In this document: positions 48,852-58,272 of the stretch, in pieces
How positions within the stretch are numbered: the first letter of the stretch is position 1
Layout of the letters: every line of letters starts with the position of its first letter
DNA from: a bacterium
GTDB lineage: Bacteria; Electryoneota; Electryoneia; Electryoneales; Electryoneaceae
Length of the DNA: 64,000 nt
Assembly: GCA_963669175.1 (NCBI GenBank)
Contig: OY769902.1
Coordinates: 4,224,001 to 4,288,000, forward strand
Direction: 5' to 3'
Made by a program: the position numbers and the translations under genes
Notes under the pieces: model-generated
Told to the model about the DNA's origin: nothing
The model's database searches: none
Seen by the model: the letters and a program-made list of their open reading frames with translations, nothing else

Positions 48852-50036
48852 ATGCAACGCTCACCCCTCATCATAATATTGGCAACCGTGTTTATCGGGC
48901 TGGTGGGATTCGGTATTGTTATCCCACTGCTTCCGGTTTATGCCGAGCAGTATGGCGCCTCCGGTGTCACTGTCGGCCTGTTGATGATGAGCTATTCCCT
49001 CATGCAGTTCCTGTTTGCCCCAGTGGCCGGAAAGCTGTCCGACCGGTTCGGCAGACGCCCGGTTCTCCTACTGGCGCTGACCATTACGACCCTATCCTAC
49101 ATCTTATTCGGATTTGCCGATAATCTTTTTCTGCTTTTCGTAAGCCGTGTCCTCGCTGGACTGGGTGGCGCGGATATTACCGTTGCACAAGCCTATGTAG
49201 CAGATGTTACTCCACCTGAGAAACGCTCCAAAGGGATGGGCATGTTCGGAGCGGCATTTGGAGTTGGCTTTACCCTTGGACCGGCAATCGCGGGCATCCT
49301 TGCGCCAATCGATCAGCGTCTACCGGCGTTTGCTGCGGCGGGGTTTACAGGTCTGACCACGATTTTCGCGCTGTTCATGCTGAAGGAACCTAGAAGTCAT
49401 GCGGACAGACTGGCTTCACGCAAGAACGGTAAAATCAAGCTGCCACGGCCTGTTCTGATAACGACAATCATCAATTTTTTTCATACAGTGGCTCAATCCC
49501 TTCTGCATGGGATGTTTGTTTTATTCACTGTTCATACCCGGGGATGGGATGTTCATGAGAACGGGCTATTTCTTGGTTTGACTGGCATCATTTCCGCTCT
49601 ATTCCAGGGTTTATTGATTGGCCCTCTTACCAAACGATTTGGTCAGACACTGGTTGTAAAAACAGGATTAGTATTCCTGGGATCCGGCTTGTTTATCATT
49701 GGCTTGCAGGATAGTCTTTTCCTCCTGGTTATTGGCGGTATGATCAACGCGATGGGCTTTGCGCTTGCCACTCCTACCCTCGCCAGCCTGGCATCGCTGG
49801 GTTCGCCGAGTCAGCACCAGGGACGTATGCTTGGTATTTATCAGTCGGTGGCCAGCTTGGCTCGCATCACCGGTCCACTTTTGGGCGGCATATTGTTCGA
49901 CCTCCTTGGTCCTACTTCGCCCTTTATTTCAGGCGGCCTGATCGCAGCCCTTGCCCTGCTTGGCTCAATGGCGGCTCTCAGACAAATAGATTTCACCGGC
50001 AATCCCAATCCTCCGGCGCCGGAATCATGTGATTAA
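48852..50036 (+). CDS. MFS transporter (TetA/DHA1-like)
   Basis: GKLSDRFGRRP motif A; GFTLGP motif C; 12 TM segments. Confidence 0.92.
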   Translation: MQRSPLIIILATVFIGLVGFGIVIPLLPVYAEQYGASGVTVGLLMMSYSLMQFLFAPVAGKLSDRFGRRPVLLLALTITTLSYILFGFADNLFLLFVSRVLAGLGGADITVAQAYVADVTPPEKRSKGMGMFGAAFGVGFTLGPAIAGILAPIDQRLPAFAAAGFTGLTTIFALFMLKEPRSHADRLASRKNGKIKLPRPVLITTIINFFHTVAQSLLHGMFVLFTVHTRGWDVHENGLFLGLTGIISALFQGLLIGPLTKRFGQTLVVKTGLVFLGSGLFIIGLQDSLFLLVIGGMINAMGFALATPTLASLASLGSPSQHQGRMLGIYQSVASLARITGPLLGGILFDLLGPTSPFISGGLIAALALLGSMAALRQIDFTGNPNPPAPESCD

Positions 50037-50113
50037 GCATTGCGCTTAACATTGACCTCCACCAGCGTGAACCGTACCTTTAAAGCTGTGATTTCGTTAC
50101 ATGGGAGCAGCTC

Positions 50114-50674
50114 ATGGATTTGGAAAAAATCAAGAGTGGTGTCAGCCTGATTCTGGAAGGCATCGGAGAAGATGTGAACCGTCCCGGGATCCAGAAAACA
50201 CCAGAACGTGTCGCAACCATGTACGCTGATCTGTTCAGCGGCCTGCATGAGGATCTGGATGCGTCATTTATCACCGAACCCGTTGATAATGAAGATGAAA
50301 TGATCCTGATGCGTGACATTCCTTTCTATTCCTTCTGCGAACATCATATGCTTCCCTTCTGGGGATTTGTGTCCCTGGCTTATATCCCCAAAGACAACCG
50401 AATTGCCGGTTTTTCCACGTTGATTCGTGTGGTCGAGCATTTTGCCAAACGTCCGCAAATCCAGGAACGTATGACCACCCAGATTTGCGAATACCTGGAC
50501 CGTTCCCTCAAACCAAATGGAATCCTGGTCACCATCCGTGCGCATCATCTTTGCATTTCCATGCGAGGCGTGAAGAAGGAACAATCGGAAGCTGTCACCA
50601 GCGCCATGCGTGGTTACCTGCGTAAGCAGGCAACACGTCTTGAAGCTCTAAACCTTCTTAGCAGACGGGATTGA
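50114..50674 (+). CDS. folE: GTP cyclohydrolase I
   Basis: TPERVA, SFCEHHMLPF, RPQIQERMT, HLCISMRGVK. Confidence 0.96.
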   Translation: MDLEKIKSGVSLILEGIGEDVNRPGIQKTPERVATMYADLFSGLHEDLDASFITEPVDNEDEMILMRDIPFYSFCEHHMLPFWGFVSLAYIPKDNRIAGFSTLIRVVEHFAKRPQIQERMTTQICEYLDRSLKPNGILVTIRAHHLCISMRGVKKEQSEAVTSAMRGYLRKQATRLEALNLLSRRD

Positions 50675-50675
50675 T

Positions 50676-52346
50676 ATGAGTCCATTGGAACAACTGGACC
50701 ATTACCTGTCCGGGTCAATGGCCTTTGGCATCTTGTTCTACATCAGCGCCACGATACTGGCCTGGGGCGCCTGGACCTTTATCTACTTTGTCTCAAAAGA
50801 CCTTTCACGTAAGGGTTTTATACGCTGGGGAATTCTGTTCACCATGTCCATATGGATGATGTACGGCGTTCAACGCTATCATCATCCGCCCCTGTTTCAA
50901 CCTCAACGCCTCTGGGTGCAACCGTTCACAGTTCCTGACAGTCAGGAACGTGAAGCGGACCTTGCCCGTTTCGCATTTGAAAAAGCCATGATGCGTTTGA
51001 ATGATAAGGTGGTCGGTTTCCAGACAAAACAGTGCGGCGAAGACCTGCTTCTCCGTTTGCCGCCGGATGCGAAAGCGCCACTTCCCAAGGGCGCAAAACT
51101 GATTGGCGCGGCCTGGTCGGTAACCGGTCATTACGAACGTGAAAACGATGAAGTCGCAACGCTCCAGGTCCACGTCAACAAGGTGAACTGGACCGGCGAG
51201 ATTACAACCGGTTTTGATTTCAAGCTGCGCAATTCTGATCCGGCATTCCTGGGCATCCTTGCCGCTCAGACCATGGTTGAGCGTTCCGGTTTGCAGACCT
51301 GGGAAGAGGGTGATTTTGAGCTATTCACGCCCGATGTGATGCAAGCGCTGTGCGTCAATGATACAGCGTCAGAACACACTATCCGTGAAGCGGCTCTGCT
51401 TCGCGCCATCAAAGAAGATTCTACACGTTGGATGGTCTGGGAAGCGTTGGCGGATATGTATTTCTTCTGGCAATGGCCGAACCACAACGGTGAGGCACGT
51501 TCTGCGCTGCAACAGACATTCAGGCTGAATGAAAAGGCCCCACGCGCTAATTATATCAGCGGTCTTTTGCTGTGGCGGGAAGGTGGCCATCGGGAAGAAG
51601 CGATCAGTGGTTTCCGGCGTGCCATGAAATTCGGTCCGCGAGATTCAGATCCCTATCTTGCACTCTCGCGCCTTTCTGACACCGAGCTGAAACAATTGAA
51701 GCTTGGACCCCGCCGAGATGTGCTCGAATTTGCGCTAAGCCTGCGCCCTTCCAATCCCCAGGCGCGTAATGTCCTCTATCATTATTACCGTGATCGCCGT
51801 CTGGAGAAACAGATTGCCCTGGAAGTGGTCAATCGTGGTCTGGAAATCAATCCCAATCAGCCGCGCCTGTTGATGATGCAGGCTGTCGCAGCTATCAAAC
51901 TTCAGCAGAATGACCTTGCCGAAGAAGCCTTGAATACGGTTCTGGCGCAAGACTCAACCAACACAACTGCTTTGTATAACCTGGGTATCGTTTACCGTGC
52001 CAAGGGTGAAGAAGAGAAATCGATTGAGACGTTCAAGAAAGTGGTTGAGCTGAACGGGCCGCCGGATGCGCATTATTACCTTGGCTTGTATTACATGGAC
52101 CACGGTGATAATGAAGAAGCATTCCGCCAGTTCCAGTGGCGCTGGGTAAAACGAACCGGGGAAGATGACGACTGGTTCGCTGTGGCCTCACGTGAACGTA
52201 TGCGCTTGATCAGAACAGGAAAATCGTTGACAGGAATTACCTTGGAAGACTGGGAAGCGCCAGATGCCGATTCTGCCGATGTCGCTCCGGACGTTTTTGA
52301 ATCCTCAGGTGAATTTCAAGATGAGGCGACCTTCATCAAGGGGTGA
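50676..52346 (+). CDS. Membrane-anchored TPR protein
   Basis: Two N-terminal TM segments, C-terminal TPRs (ALYNLGIVY, AHYYLGLYY). Confidence 0.8.
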   Translation: MSPLEQLDHYLSGSMAFGILFYISATILAWGAWTFIYFVSKDLSRKGFIRWGILFTMSIWMMYGVQRYHHPPLFQPQRLWVQPFTVPDSQEREADLARFAFEKAMMRLNDKVVGFQTKQCGEDLLLRLPPDAKAPLPKGAKLIGAAWSVTGHYERENDEVATLQVHVNKVNWTGEITTGFDFKLRNSDPAFLGILAAQTMVERSGLQTWEEGDFELFTPDVMQALCVNDTASEHTIREAALLRAIKEDSTRWMVWEALADMYFFWQWPNHNGEARSALQQTFRLNEKAPRANYISGLLLWREGGHREEAISGFRRAMKFGPRDSDPYLALSRLSDTELKQLKLGPRRDVLEFALSLRPSNPQARNVLYHYYRDRRLEKQIALEVVNRGLEINPNQPRLLMMQAVAAIKLQQNDLAEEALNTVLAQDSTNTTALYNLGIVYRAKGEEEKSIETFKKVVELNGPPDAHYYLGLYYMDHGDNEEAFRQFQWRWVKRTGEDDDWFAVASRERMRLIRTGKSLTGITLEDWEAPDADSADVAPDVFESSGEFQDEATFIKG

Positions 52347-52533
52347 AACAACCGCTGTCACATGAATCGTTCCACTAATTCGCTCTCCAAGTGCTTGTAC
52401 TCAAAGAGTCGTCGGGAACTTTCCACTATCCCTTCGGATATAAAAGGCGAAGTTTCAAACGTCAACCGGGTATCCTGGTTGCCACTGATCTGACACCGGG
52501 CCGGGAGAAACAAACGAACCTTGCTAGAAGATT

Positions 52534-54294
52534 ATGATTCGTTGGGGTGAACCACTTTGGCTGCTTGCGCTGGCACTTCCTGCCGCGCTTCTCGTTCTTG
52601 ACCTGATCGTGAATCGTTTCGCGACACGCGCCAGGGAGCGTTTCGCCTCCCTTCCCCTCTGGACAAGGCTCGCCCCTACTCGCAGCCCGAAACTGCGTCG
52701 GGCCAAGAGTATCCTTTTTATCCTCGCATTGGTTTTTCTGGTAATCGGTTTGGCTAATCCCCGTGTCGGCACTCGCTACGAAGATGTGACCCGTGAGGGC
52801 ATCGACATCTTCCTGCTGGTCGATGTCAGTAAATCGATGGACACCCAGGACATCCGTCCAAGCCGGATCGACAAGACACGCTATGAACTGCTGCAATTCC
52901 TGAAAGACCTGAAAGGGGATCGTGTAGGGCTGATTCCGTTTTCCGGCACGGCGTACACCGTCTGCCCCCTGACCCTGGATTATGCAGCAGTATCCATGTT
53001 CATCGACCTGCTTTCGACTGAGTTAATCCCGAATCCCGGCACCAACCTGGCCTCAGCGATCCACACGGCCATGAAATCGTTTACCTCTTCCGAGGAAGAA
53101 AGCGAACGCAGCAAGGCGATCCTGATCATATCGGATGGCGAGGATCATGAGGGCGGGGCTGTGGATGCGGCCAAAGAAGCGTATAAAAGCGGCATCCGGG
53201 TCTTCACCATCGGAATGGCGCTGGGAAAAGGTGATCCGATTCCGCTATTTGATGCGAGCGGCAATCCTTCCGGGTGGAAGACGGACGAAGAGGGCCATGT
53301 CGTAACCAGTCGCTTAAATGAAGATATATTGCGTGATGTTGTCAGCGCCGGTGGAGGCGATTACCGTCGTGCCGGTCAGGGTGGCGAAGCCTTCAAAGCG
53401 ATCTACAGGAAAATCTTCAACCTGGAACGCAGTGAATTGAGCCAGAAACGGATTTCCGGGTATGAAGACCGTTTCCAATGGTTCCTGATGGCCGCCTTGC
53501 TTTTATTCCTGGCAGAGTTTATCCTGCCGCTTGGCGCAATCAAGATGAAAGGACTTCCCATGCTTAAAGTTCTTTTGCCTGCATTGCTGCTGATTGGGCT
53601 CAGTTCGACCAATGTGTACGCCCAGAAAGCCCATAAACTGGTAAAAGAAGGCAATAATAATGTGGTCGATGGCGAAGTAGAAGAAGCTTTGACCAATTAC
53701 CTTGAGGCACGCACCACACGAGACAGCCTGCGTCCTGAACTGCTGTACGACCTGGGCGGCGCTTACGCTCGTATGGGTGATATCCAGCGTGCGGATTCGG
53801 TTCTGGCCAATCTGCCACCGGACACTGATCCCGGCATATTGTCACGCGCTCATTATAACCGTGGCACTGCATTCGCCGGCGCCCAGCAATACGATAAGGC
53901 GGTTGACGCGTTTATCAATGCCCTGCAATATGACCCGCAGGATATGGACAGCAAGGTCAACCTGGAAATGGCGTTGCGTATGATGCAGCAACAACAGCAG
54001 CAACAGGACCAGCAACAGCAGAACGACCAGAACCAAGATGAGCAGGACCAGCAGGATCAGCAGAACCAGGATCAGCAGGATCAACAACAGCAAGACCAAC
54101 AGCAGCAACAACAGGATCAACAGAATCAGGATCAGGAGCAACAGCAGCAACAACAACAGAACCCGGAAGAAATGCCTCCGGAAATGGCTCAACGATTCCT
54201 GGATAAATTACAACAAGACGAAAAAGAGCTATTGCAGGAACTGGTTCGTCAACAAGTACCGGTTGAAAAACAGAAAACCAAGAAAGACTGGTGA
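52534..54294 (+). CDS. BatB-BatC fusion: VWA domain, TPR and Q-rich tail
   Basis: DVSKSM..DIRPSR, PLTLD, ISDGEDH; TPR (HYNRG); poly-Q linker; terminal KKDW. Confidence 0.85.
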   Translation: MIRWGEPLWLLALALPAALLVLDLIVNRFATRARERFASLPLWTRLAPTRSPKLRRAKSILFILALVFLVIGLANPRVGTRYEDVTREGIDIFLLVDVSKSMDTQDIRPSRIDKTRYELLQFLKDLKGDRVGLIPFSGTAYTVCPLTLDYAAVSMFIDLLSTELIPNPGTNLASAIHTAMKSFTSSEEESERSKAILIISDGEDHEGGAVDAAKEAYKSGIRVFTIGMALGKGDPIPLFDASGNPSGWKTDEEGHVVTSRLNEDILRDVVSAGGGDYRRAGQGGEAFKAIYRKIFNLERSELSQKRISGYEDRFQWFLMAALLLFLAEFILPLGAIKMKGLPMLKVLLPALLLIGLSSTNVYAQKAHKLVKEGNNNVVDGEVEEALTNYLEARTTRDSLRPELLYDLGGAYARMGDIQRADSVLANLPPDTDPGILSRAHYNRGTAFAGAQQYDKAVDAFINALQYDPQDMDSKVNLEMALRMMQQQQQQQDQQQQNDQNQDEQDQQDQQNQDQQDQQQQDQQQQQQDQQNQDQEQQQQQQQNPEEMPPEMAQRFLDKLQQDEKELLQELVRQQVPVEKQKTKKDW

Positions 54295-54360
54295 TACATT
54301 AATTAAAAATTAAGAATTAAGAATTAAAAATGAAGGGGAGTGAATTGGGAGCCAAAATAT

Positions 54361-54444
54361 AATTAGGAATTAGGAATTAGGAATTAGGAATTAGGAATTA
54401 GGAATTAGGAATTAGGAATTAGGAATTAGGAATTAGGAATTAGG
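54361..54444. repeat. Microsatellite (AATTAGG)x12
   Basis: Directly visible. Confidence 0.97.
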
Positions 54445-54503
54445 ACAAAATATTTACCTATATTTAACATGTCAAGTTGTATATTATTAGTTTTAAATTT
54501 TGA

Positions 54504-54575
54504 ACAACTTTACAACTTTACAACTTTACAACTTTACAACTTTACAACTTTACAACTTTGGAACTTTGGAACTTT
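54504..54575. repeat. Microsatellite (ACAACTTT)x7 plus (GGAACTTT)x2
   Basis: Directly visible, immediately upstream of batD. Confidence 0.95.
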
Positions 54576-54589
54576 CAAACTAAAAGAAA

Positions 54590-56455
54590 ATGCCTGTAAG
54601 AAAAACGACATACACCATCATCATCCTGATGATACTGGCAACTGTAGCCATGGCGGACGACAGTTTTGTAGTCACAGCCAATGTGTCTTCTTCAGTTGTT
54701 CAGGCGGGTGCGCCCTTTACTTACCAGGTGACCGTATCTGGTGATGGCAGTGTGCCTAATCCAACCGTAGATATTCCCAATGAACTCCGTATTCTCTCAG
54801 GCCCCAGTTCATCACGGTCCATCTCTATTGTCAACTTCAAGCGTACCACAACATTGACACTGAGCTGGCAACTTGTAGGAACCAGGGCGGGCACGGTGAC
54901 CTTCCCGCGTCCCAAGGTGGAATCAGGCGGAAAATCCGTAACCGGCCCGAAAGTGTCCGTGAAGATTACATCCGGGGGGAATGCCCCAGCGCCAAGTCAG
55001 CAACCGTCCGGCTCACGATCCAGCAGCAATCCGACACCAGCCACGTCCGGAAATTCGACGCCATCCATCTTCATCGATGTCGATGTCTCCAATAAAAATC
55101 CCTATGTACAGGAACCGGTTACCGTGACCTACACCCTGTACTTCAAGGAAGATGTCCGTCGTTTCGAAATGAATTCATACCCGACGACAGATGGTTTCTG
55201 GACCGAACGTCTTGAAACACCCGGCAAACCGGAGACATTCCGAAAAAACATAAACGGTGAATTATATACAGGCGCTGTCATCTACCAGTTTCTTGCTTTC
55301 CCAACCCGTGCGGGCGAGCTGAAAATCGGTCCTATGGAAGTCAGCCTGGATGTGATGGAGCAGCGACGGCGACGTTCGCGGAGCATGTTCGAAGGTTTCT
55401 TCGATTTTGGAGATCCTTTTGGCGACCTGGTAAAAAAACCGGTTTCCGCGCCGACACAGACGCTGAAGGTCGAGGATCTTCCGAGTGCAAACAAACCTGT
55501 CGATTTTAACGGTGTGGTTGGCGATTTCGACATCGCCGCAAAGTTGGATCGTGATACGGTTATGACCAACGAGTCAGTGACCCTGAAAGTAACTGTTCGC
55601 GGGAAAGGCAATGTCGGATTTGTCCCCGAACCGACGCTGGTTATCCCACCTGATATTGAAGCCTATGAGCCGAAAGTAACCGAGCAGTCTCAACCATCCG
55701 CCGGCACCATGTCCGGTACCAAAACCTTTACCTACCTGCTTATTCCACGACGCGCGGGGGAGCAGAAAATCGATCCGGTCCGGCTCAGCTATTTTGATCC
55801 GAACCGTAAGATGTATGTATCCAAGAAGACGAGTACGCTGAATTTGTACGTTGAACCGGCCAGCGGCTGGGCGGCGCAGGATGTGGATTTACCCCACGGC
55901 GCCCCCGAAGAAGTCCGTAGCCTGGGTACGGATATTCGTTGGATTCTGGATGCAAGCCGTGGACTGCGACGAACGGGTACGCCATTATATCAGCAGGCCG
56001 TTTACCCGCTGTCTTATATCGCGCCCTTGGGACTGGTTCTGCTGTCGCTCTGGTTTCGTAAACACCAGGTGAAACTCGCTGGGGATGTTGCCGGACGACG
56101 CGCCCGTAAAGCGGCCAAACGTGCCATGCTGGCGTTGAAAGAAGCCCGAGATCTACACAGTAGCGGTAACACCTCTGAAGGTTACGACGCGCTGGCAAGA
56201 GGCATCGTCCATTACCTGGCCGATCGTGTTCACGCAAACGTGGGCGAACTTGACCGGGCAAAAGTCGAATCCATCCTGATCGAGCGTGATGTCACTGAAG
56301 GAAATCGACTCGAGATGTTGCAACTTCTGGATCGTTGCAACCAGGCCCGTTTCACTCCTGACGGTCTGGACAGTGCCGTCCTGGGTGAGTTGATTGACCA
56401 GGCGAAATCGTGGATCATGAAAGTTGACCGTCGCTTTGATATGCGGAAAAAATGA
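54590..56455 (+). CDS. batD: BatD-family protein
   Basis: Signal peptide, repeated Ig-like BatD modules (F.G.VG.F, G.GN, YFDP), C-terminal TM; locus context. Confidence 0.85.
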   Translation: MPVRKTTYTIIILMILATVAMADDSFVVTANVSSSVVQAGAPFTYQVTVSGDGSVPNPTVDIPNELRILSGPSSSRSISIVNFKRTTTLTLSWQLVGTRAGTVTFPRPKVESGGKSVTGPKVSVKITSGGNAPAPSQQPSGSRSSSNPTPATSGNSTPSIFIDVDVSNKNPYVQEPVTVTYTLYFKEDVRRFEMNSYPTTDGFWTERLETPGKPETFRKNINGELYTGAVIYQFLAFPTRAGELKIGPMEVSLDVMEQRRRRSRSMFEGFFDFGDPFGDLVKKPVSAPTQTLKVEDLPSANKPVDFNGVVGDFDIAAKLDRDTVMTNESVTLKVTVRGKGNVGFVPEPTLVIPPDIEAYEPKVTEQSQPSAGTMSGTKTFTYLLIPRRAGEQKIDPVRLSYFDPNRKMYVSKKTSTLNLYVEPASGWAAQDVDLPHGAPEEVRSLGTDIRWILDASRGLRRTGTPLYQQAVYPLSYIAPLGLVLLSLWFRKHQVKLAGDVAGRRARKAAKRAMLALKEARDLHSSGNTSEGYDALARGIVHYLADRVHANVGELDRAKVESILIERDVTEGNRLEMLQLLDRCNQARFTPDGLDSAVLGELIDQAKSWIMKVDRRFDMRKK

Positions 56456-56587
56456 TCAGTAGCAAGAGACAATCGAATTACTGTACATATGACAAGAGTT
56501 TTCGCAAATATTGCGTTGACGGCTTTGATCACTATCTTGAGGTGCGAAAAATCATATAGTTCGTAAGATGAAGACTTGAAGAGAGGG

Positions 56588-56714
56588 TGTGAATAAGCTG
56601 TGGATAACTTTTCCAGCATATGAAAAGATGTTCATTATTAGCATCTTAGATCATTTTTTTCAACAAGATAGATTTTAGCAATTTCTTAACATATTGATTC
56701 TTCGATGTGAATAA
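56588..56714. promoter_or_regulatory. DnaA-box cluster (candidate oriC or other DnaA-binding locus)
   Basis: TGTGAATAA 56588-56596, TGTGGATAA 56599-56607, TTTTCAACA about 56657, TGTGAATAA 56706-56714, within an AT-rich 320-bp gap. Confidence 0.55.
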
Positions 56715-56775
56715 CTTCAATGCCGTTCGTGACACAATTTTTGTAAACTACGGAGAACCAAGCGTGTCGAGCAGG

Positions 56776-57534
56776 ATGCATTTCACAGTAGTGCTTGTCC
56801 TTCTTCTCCTGGCGGCAGTTGCCCTGGGAGCCGGGTCCGGTGTGTCTGACCTGGCGGCCGAAGGCGACCGTTTGTACAAAGACGGTGAGTATGCAGGCGC
56901 TGTGGATGCCTATAAACGTGTACTGGAAAGTGGTTGGGTAAGCGGACAAGTGCTTTTCAACATGGGCAACGCGTATTACAAACTGGGGCAGATCGGTCCG
57001 GCTATCCTCAACTATGAACGTGCTCAGAAACTGATGCCGCAGAATTCCGATATCCGGTACAATCTTAAAATGGCGCAGGCGCGGACAGTAGACCGGATTG
57101 AAGCGCCGCCCCGTCTCCCGATATGGAACCTCCTTGATTCTCTGCGCGACCTCTTCAGTCCCGCCCTGGTTGCCTGGACAACGTGGATTCTTGCAGTTAT
57201 AACGGCGCTGCTGTTTGGCCTGTCATTAATCGTGAAACACCTGCTGGCTCGTTCGGCGTTACGGATTATCATGTGGGTATTCCTGGGCGTCTTTATAATC
57301 TCCGGAAGTCTTCTGGGATTGCGAATCGCTGAGGCGAACGGTCCGGCCAAAGCCGTGATCATGACAGAAAAGGTGATTGTTCGTAGCGCCCCCGATCCTG
57401 CAGCCAAGGAAGTTTTTCATCTTCATGAGGGCACCACGGTCACCATCGTGAAAGTCCTTGACACCTACCGTGAAGTACGTTTGATCGATGGTCGGCAGGG
57501 CTGGTTACCGGTTAACGTACTTGAAAAGGTTTAA
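56776..57534 (+). CDS. batE: BatE-like TPR + SH3 protein
   Basis: FNMGNAYYKLG..G.AILNYERA; two TM segments; LHEGT.V...GWLP. Confidence 0.88.
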   Translation: MHFTVVLVLLLLAAVALGAGSGVSDLAAEGDRLYKDGEYAGAVDAYKRVLESGWVSGQVLFNMGNAYYKLGQIGPAILNYERAQKLMPQNSDIRYNLKMAQARTVDRIEAPPRLPIWNLLDSLRDLFSPALVAWTTWILAVITALLFGLSLIVKHLLARSALRIIMWVFLGVFIISGSLLGLRIAEANGPAKAVIMTEKVIVRSAPDPAAKEVFHLHEGTTVTIVKVLDTYREVRLIDGRQGWLPVNVLEKV

Positions 57535-57561
57535 TCCTCTACTGATTCAAAATCCTTTCAT

Positions 57562-57589
57562 TAATGCTTTACCTTCAAACTGCCGATAA
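57562..57589 (+). promoter_or_regulatory. Putative sigma-28 promoter
   Basis: TAAT-N16-GCCGATAA, same spacing as the flagellin promoter. Confidence 0.5.
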
Positions 57590-57709
57590 GAGTAGTACAG
57601 GGTAATCAACAGGTTGACTGTTTCAATTTTTGAAATTTGATCACCAGGTGTTGCAAACTTAAAGCATACTGTTTACTTTGAAATAGAGATGTCAACTGAA
57701 GAGGGAGCT

Positions 57710-57910
57710 ATGGAAGAGTACGGCTCCAGCAAAGCGATCCAACCCGTGGTAAGGCGTGACGAGAGTTTTAAAGACACGCCCAAGCATGAATACTCCCCAA
57801 AAAAGAAACACGACGAAGAGGAAGAAAAAGAGGAAAAGCGTGATGAGGAAGAACCGCGCAAAGGCCCACCACCTCTTGATCGTGAAATAAAACTGGACAT
57901 CTTCGTGTAA
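57710..57910 (+). CDS. Small charged protein ending in LDIFV
   Basis: RBS gaggga; purine-rich ORF; C-terminal LDI.V motif. Confidence 0.6.
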   Translation: MEEYGSSKAIQPVVRRDESFKDTPKHEYSPKKKHDEEEEKEEKRDEEEPRKGPPPLDREIKLDIFV

Positions 57911-57932
57911 GGTATCTCAGAATCACCGATAC

Positions 57933-58084
57933 TCTCATCCCAGCGAAGGCTGGGATCCAGGCAAGTATCAACAAAATAAAAAGTTGGATACTTGAACGGT
58001 TCTCAATTTGCCGCATTTTAAGAGAATACTTAACCTCTTGTAATATCGCAATATGACTGGATCCCAGCCTTCGCTGGGATGAGA
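57933..58084. repeat. REP-doublet element, copy B
   Basis: Same 28-bp IR and homologous core as 21562-21712. Confidence 0.9.
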
Positions 58085-58272
58085 GTGTCTTTTTATCTGA
58101 TACACCCTGGAAGGCTGCGATAAGAGTGGTTTCTATTCTGATACTGTCTCGAAGGCAGTGATGAGACTGAATAAACCCGCCTTCGCTGGCGATGACAGTA
58201 TGCAACATCTCTTTCGACGCTCAGTATATGCATCACTCTTGCAGGATTTCCTTCTCCTCCCGATATTCAGGC

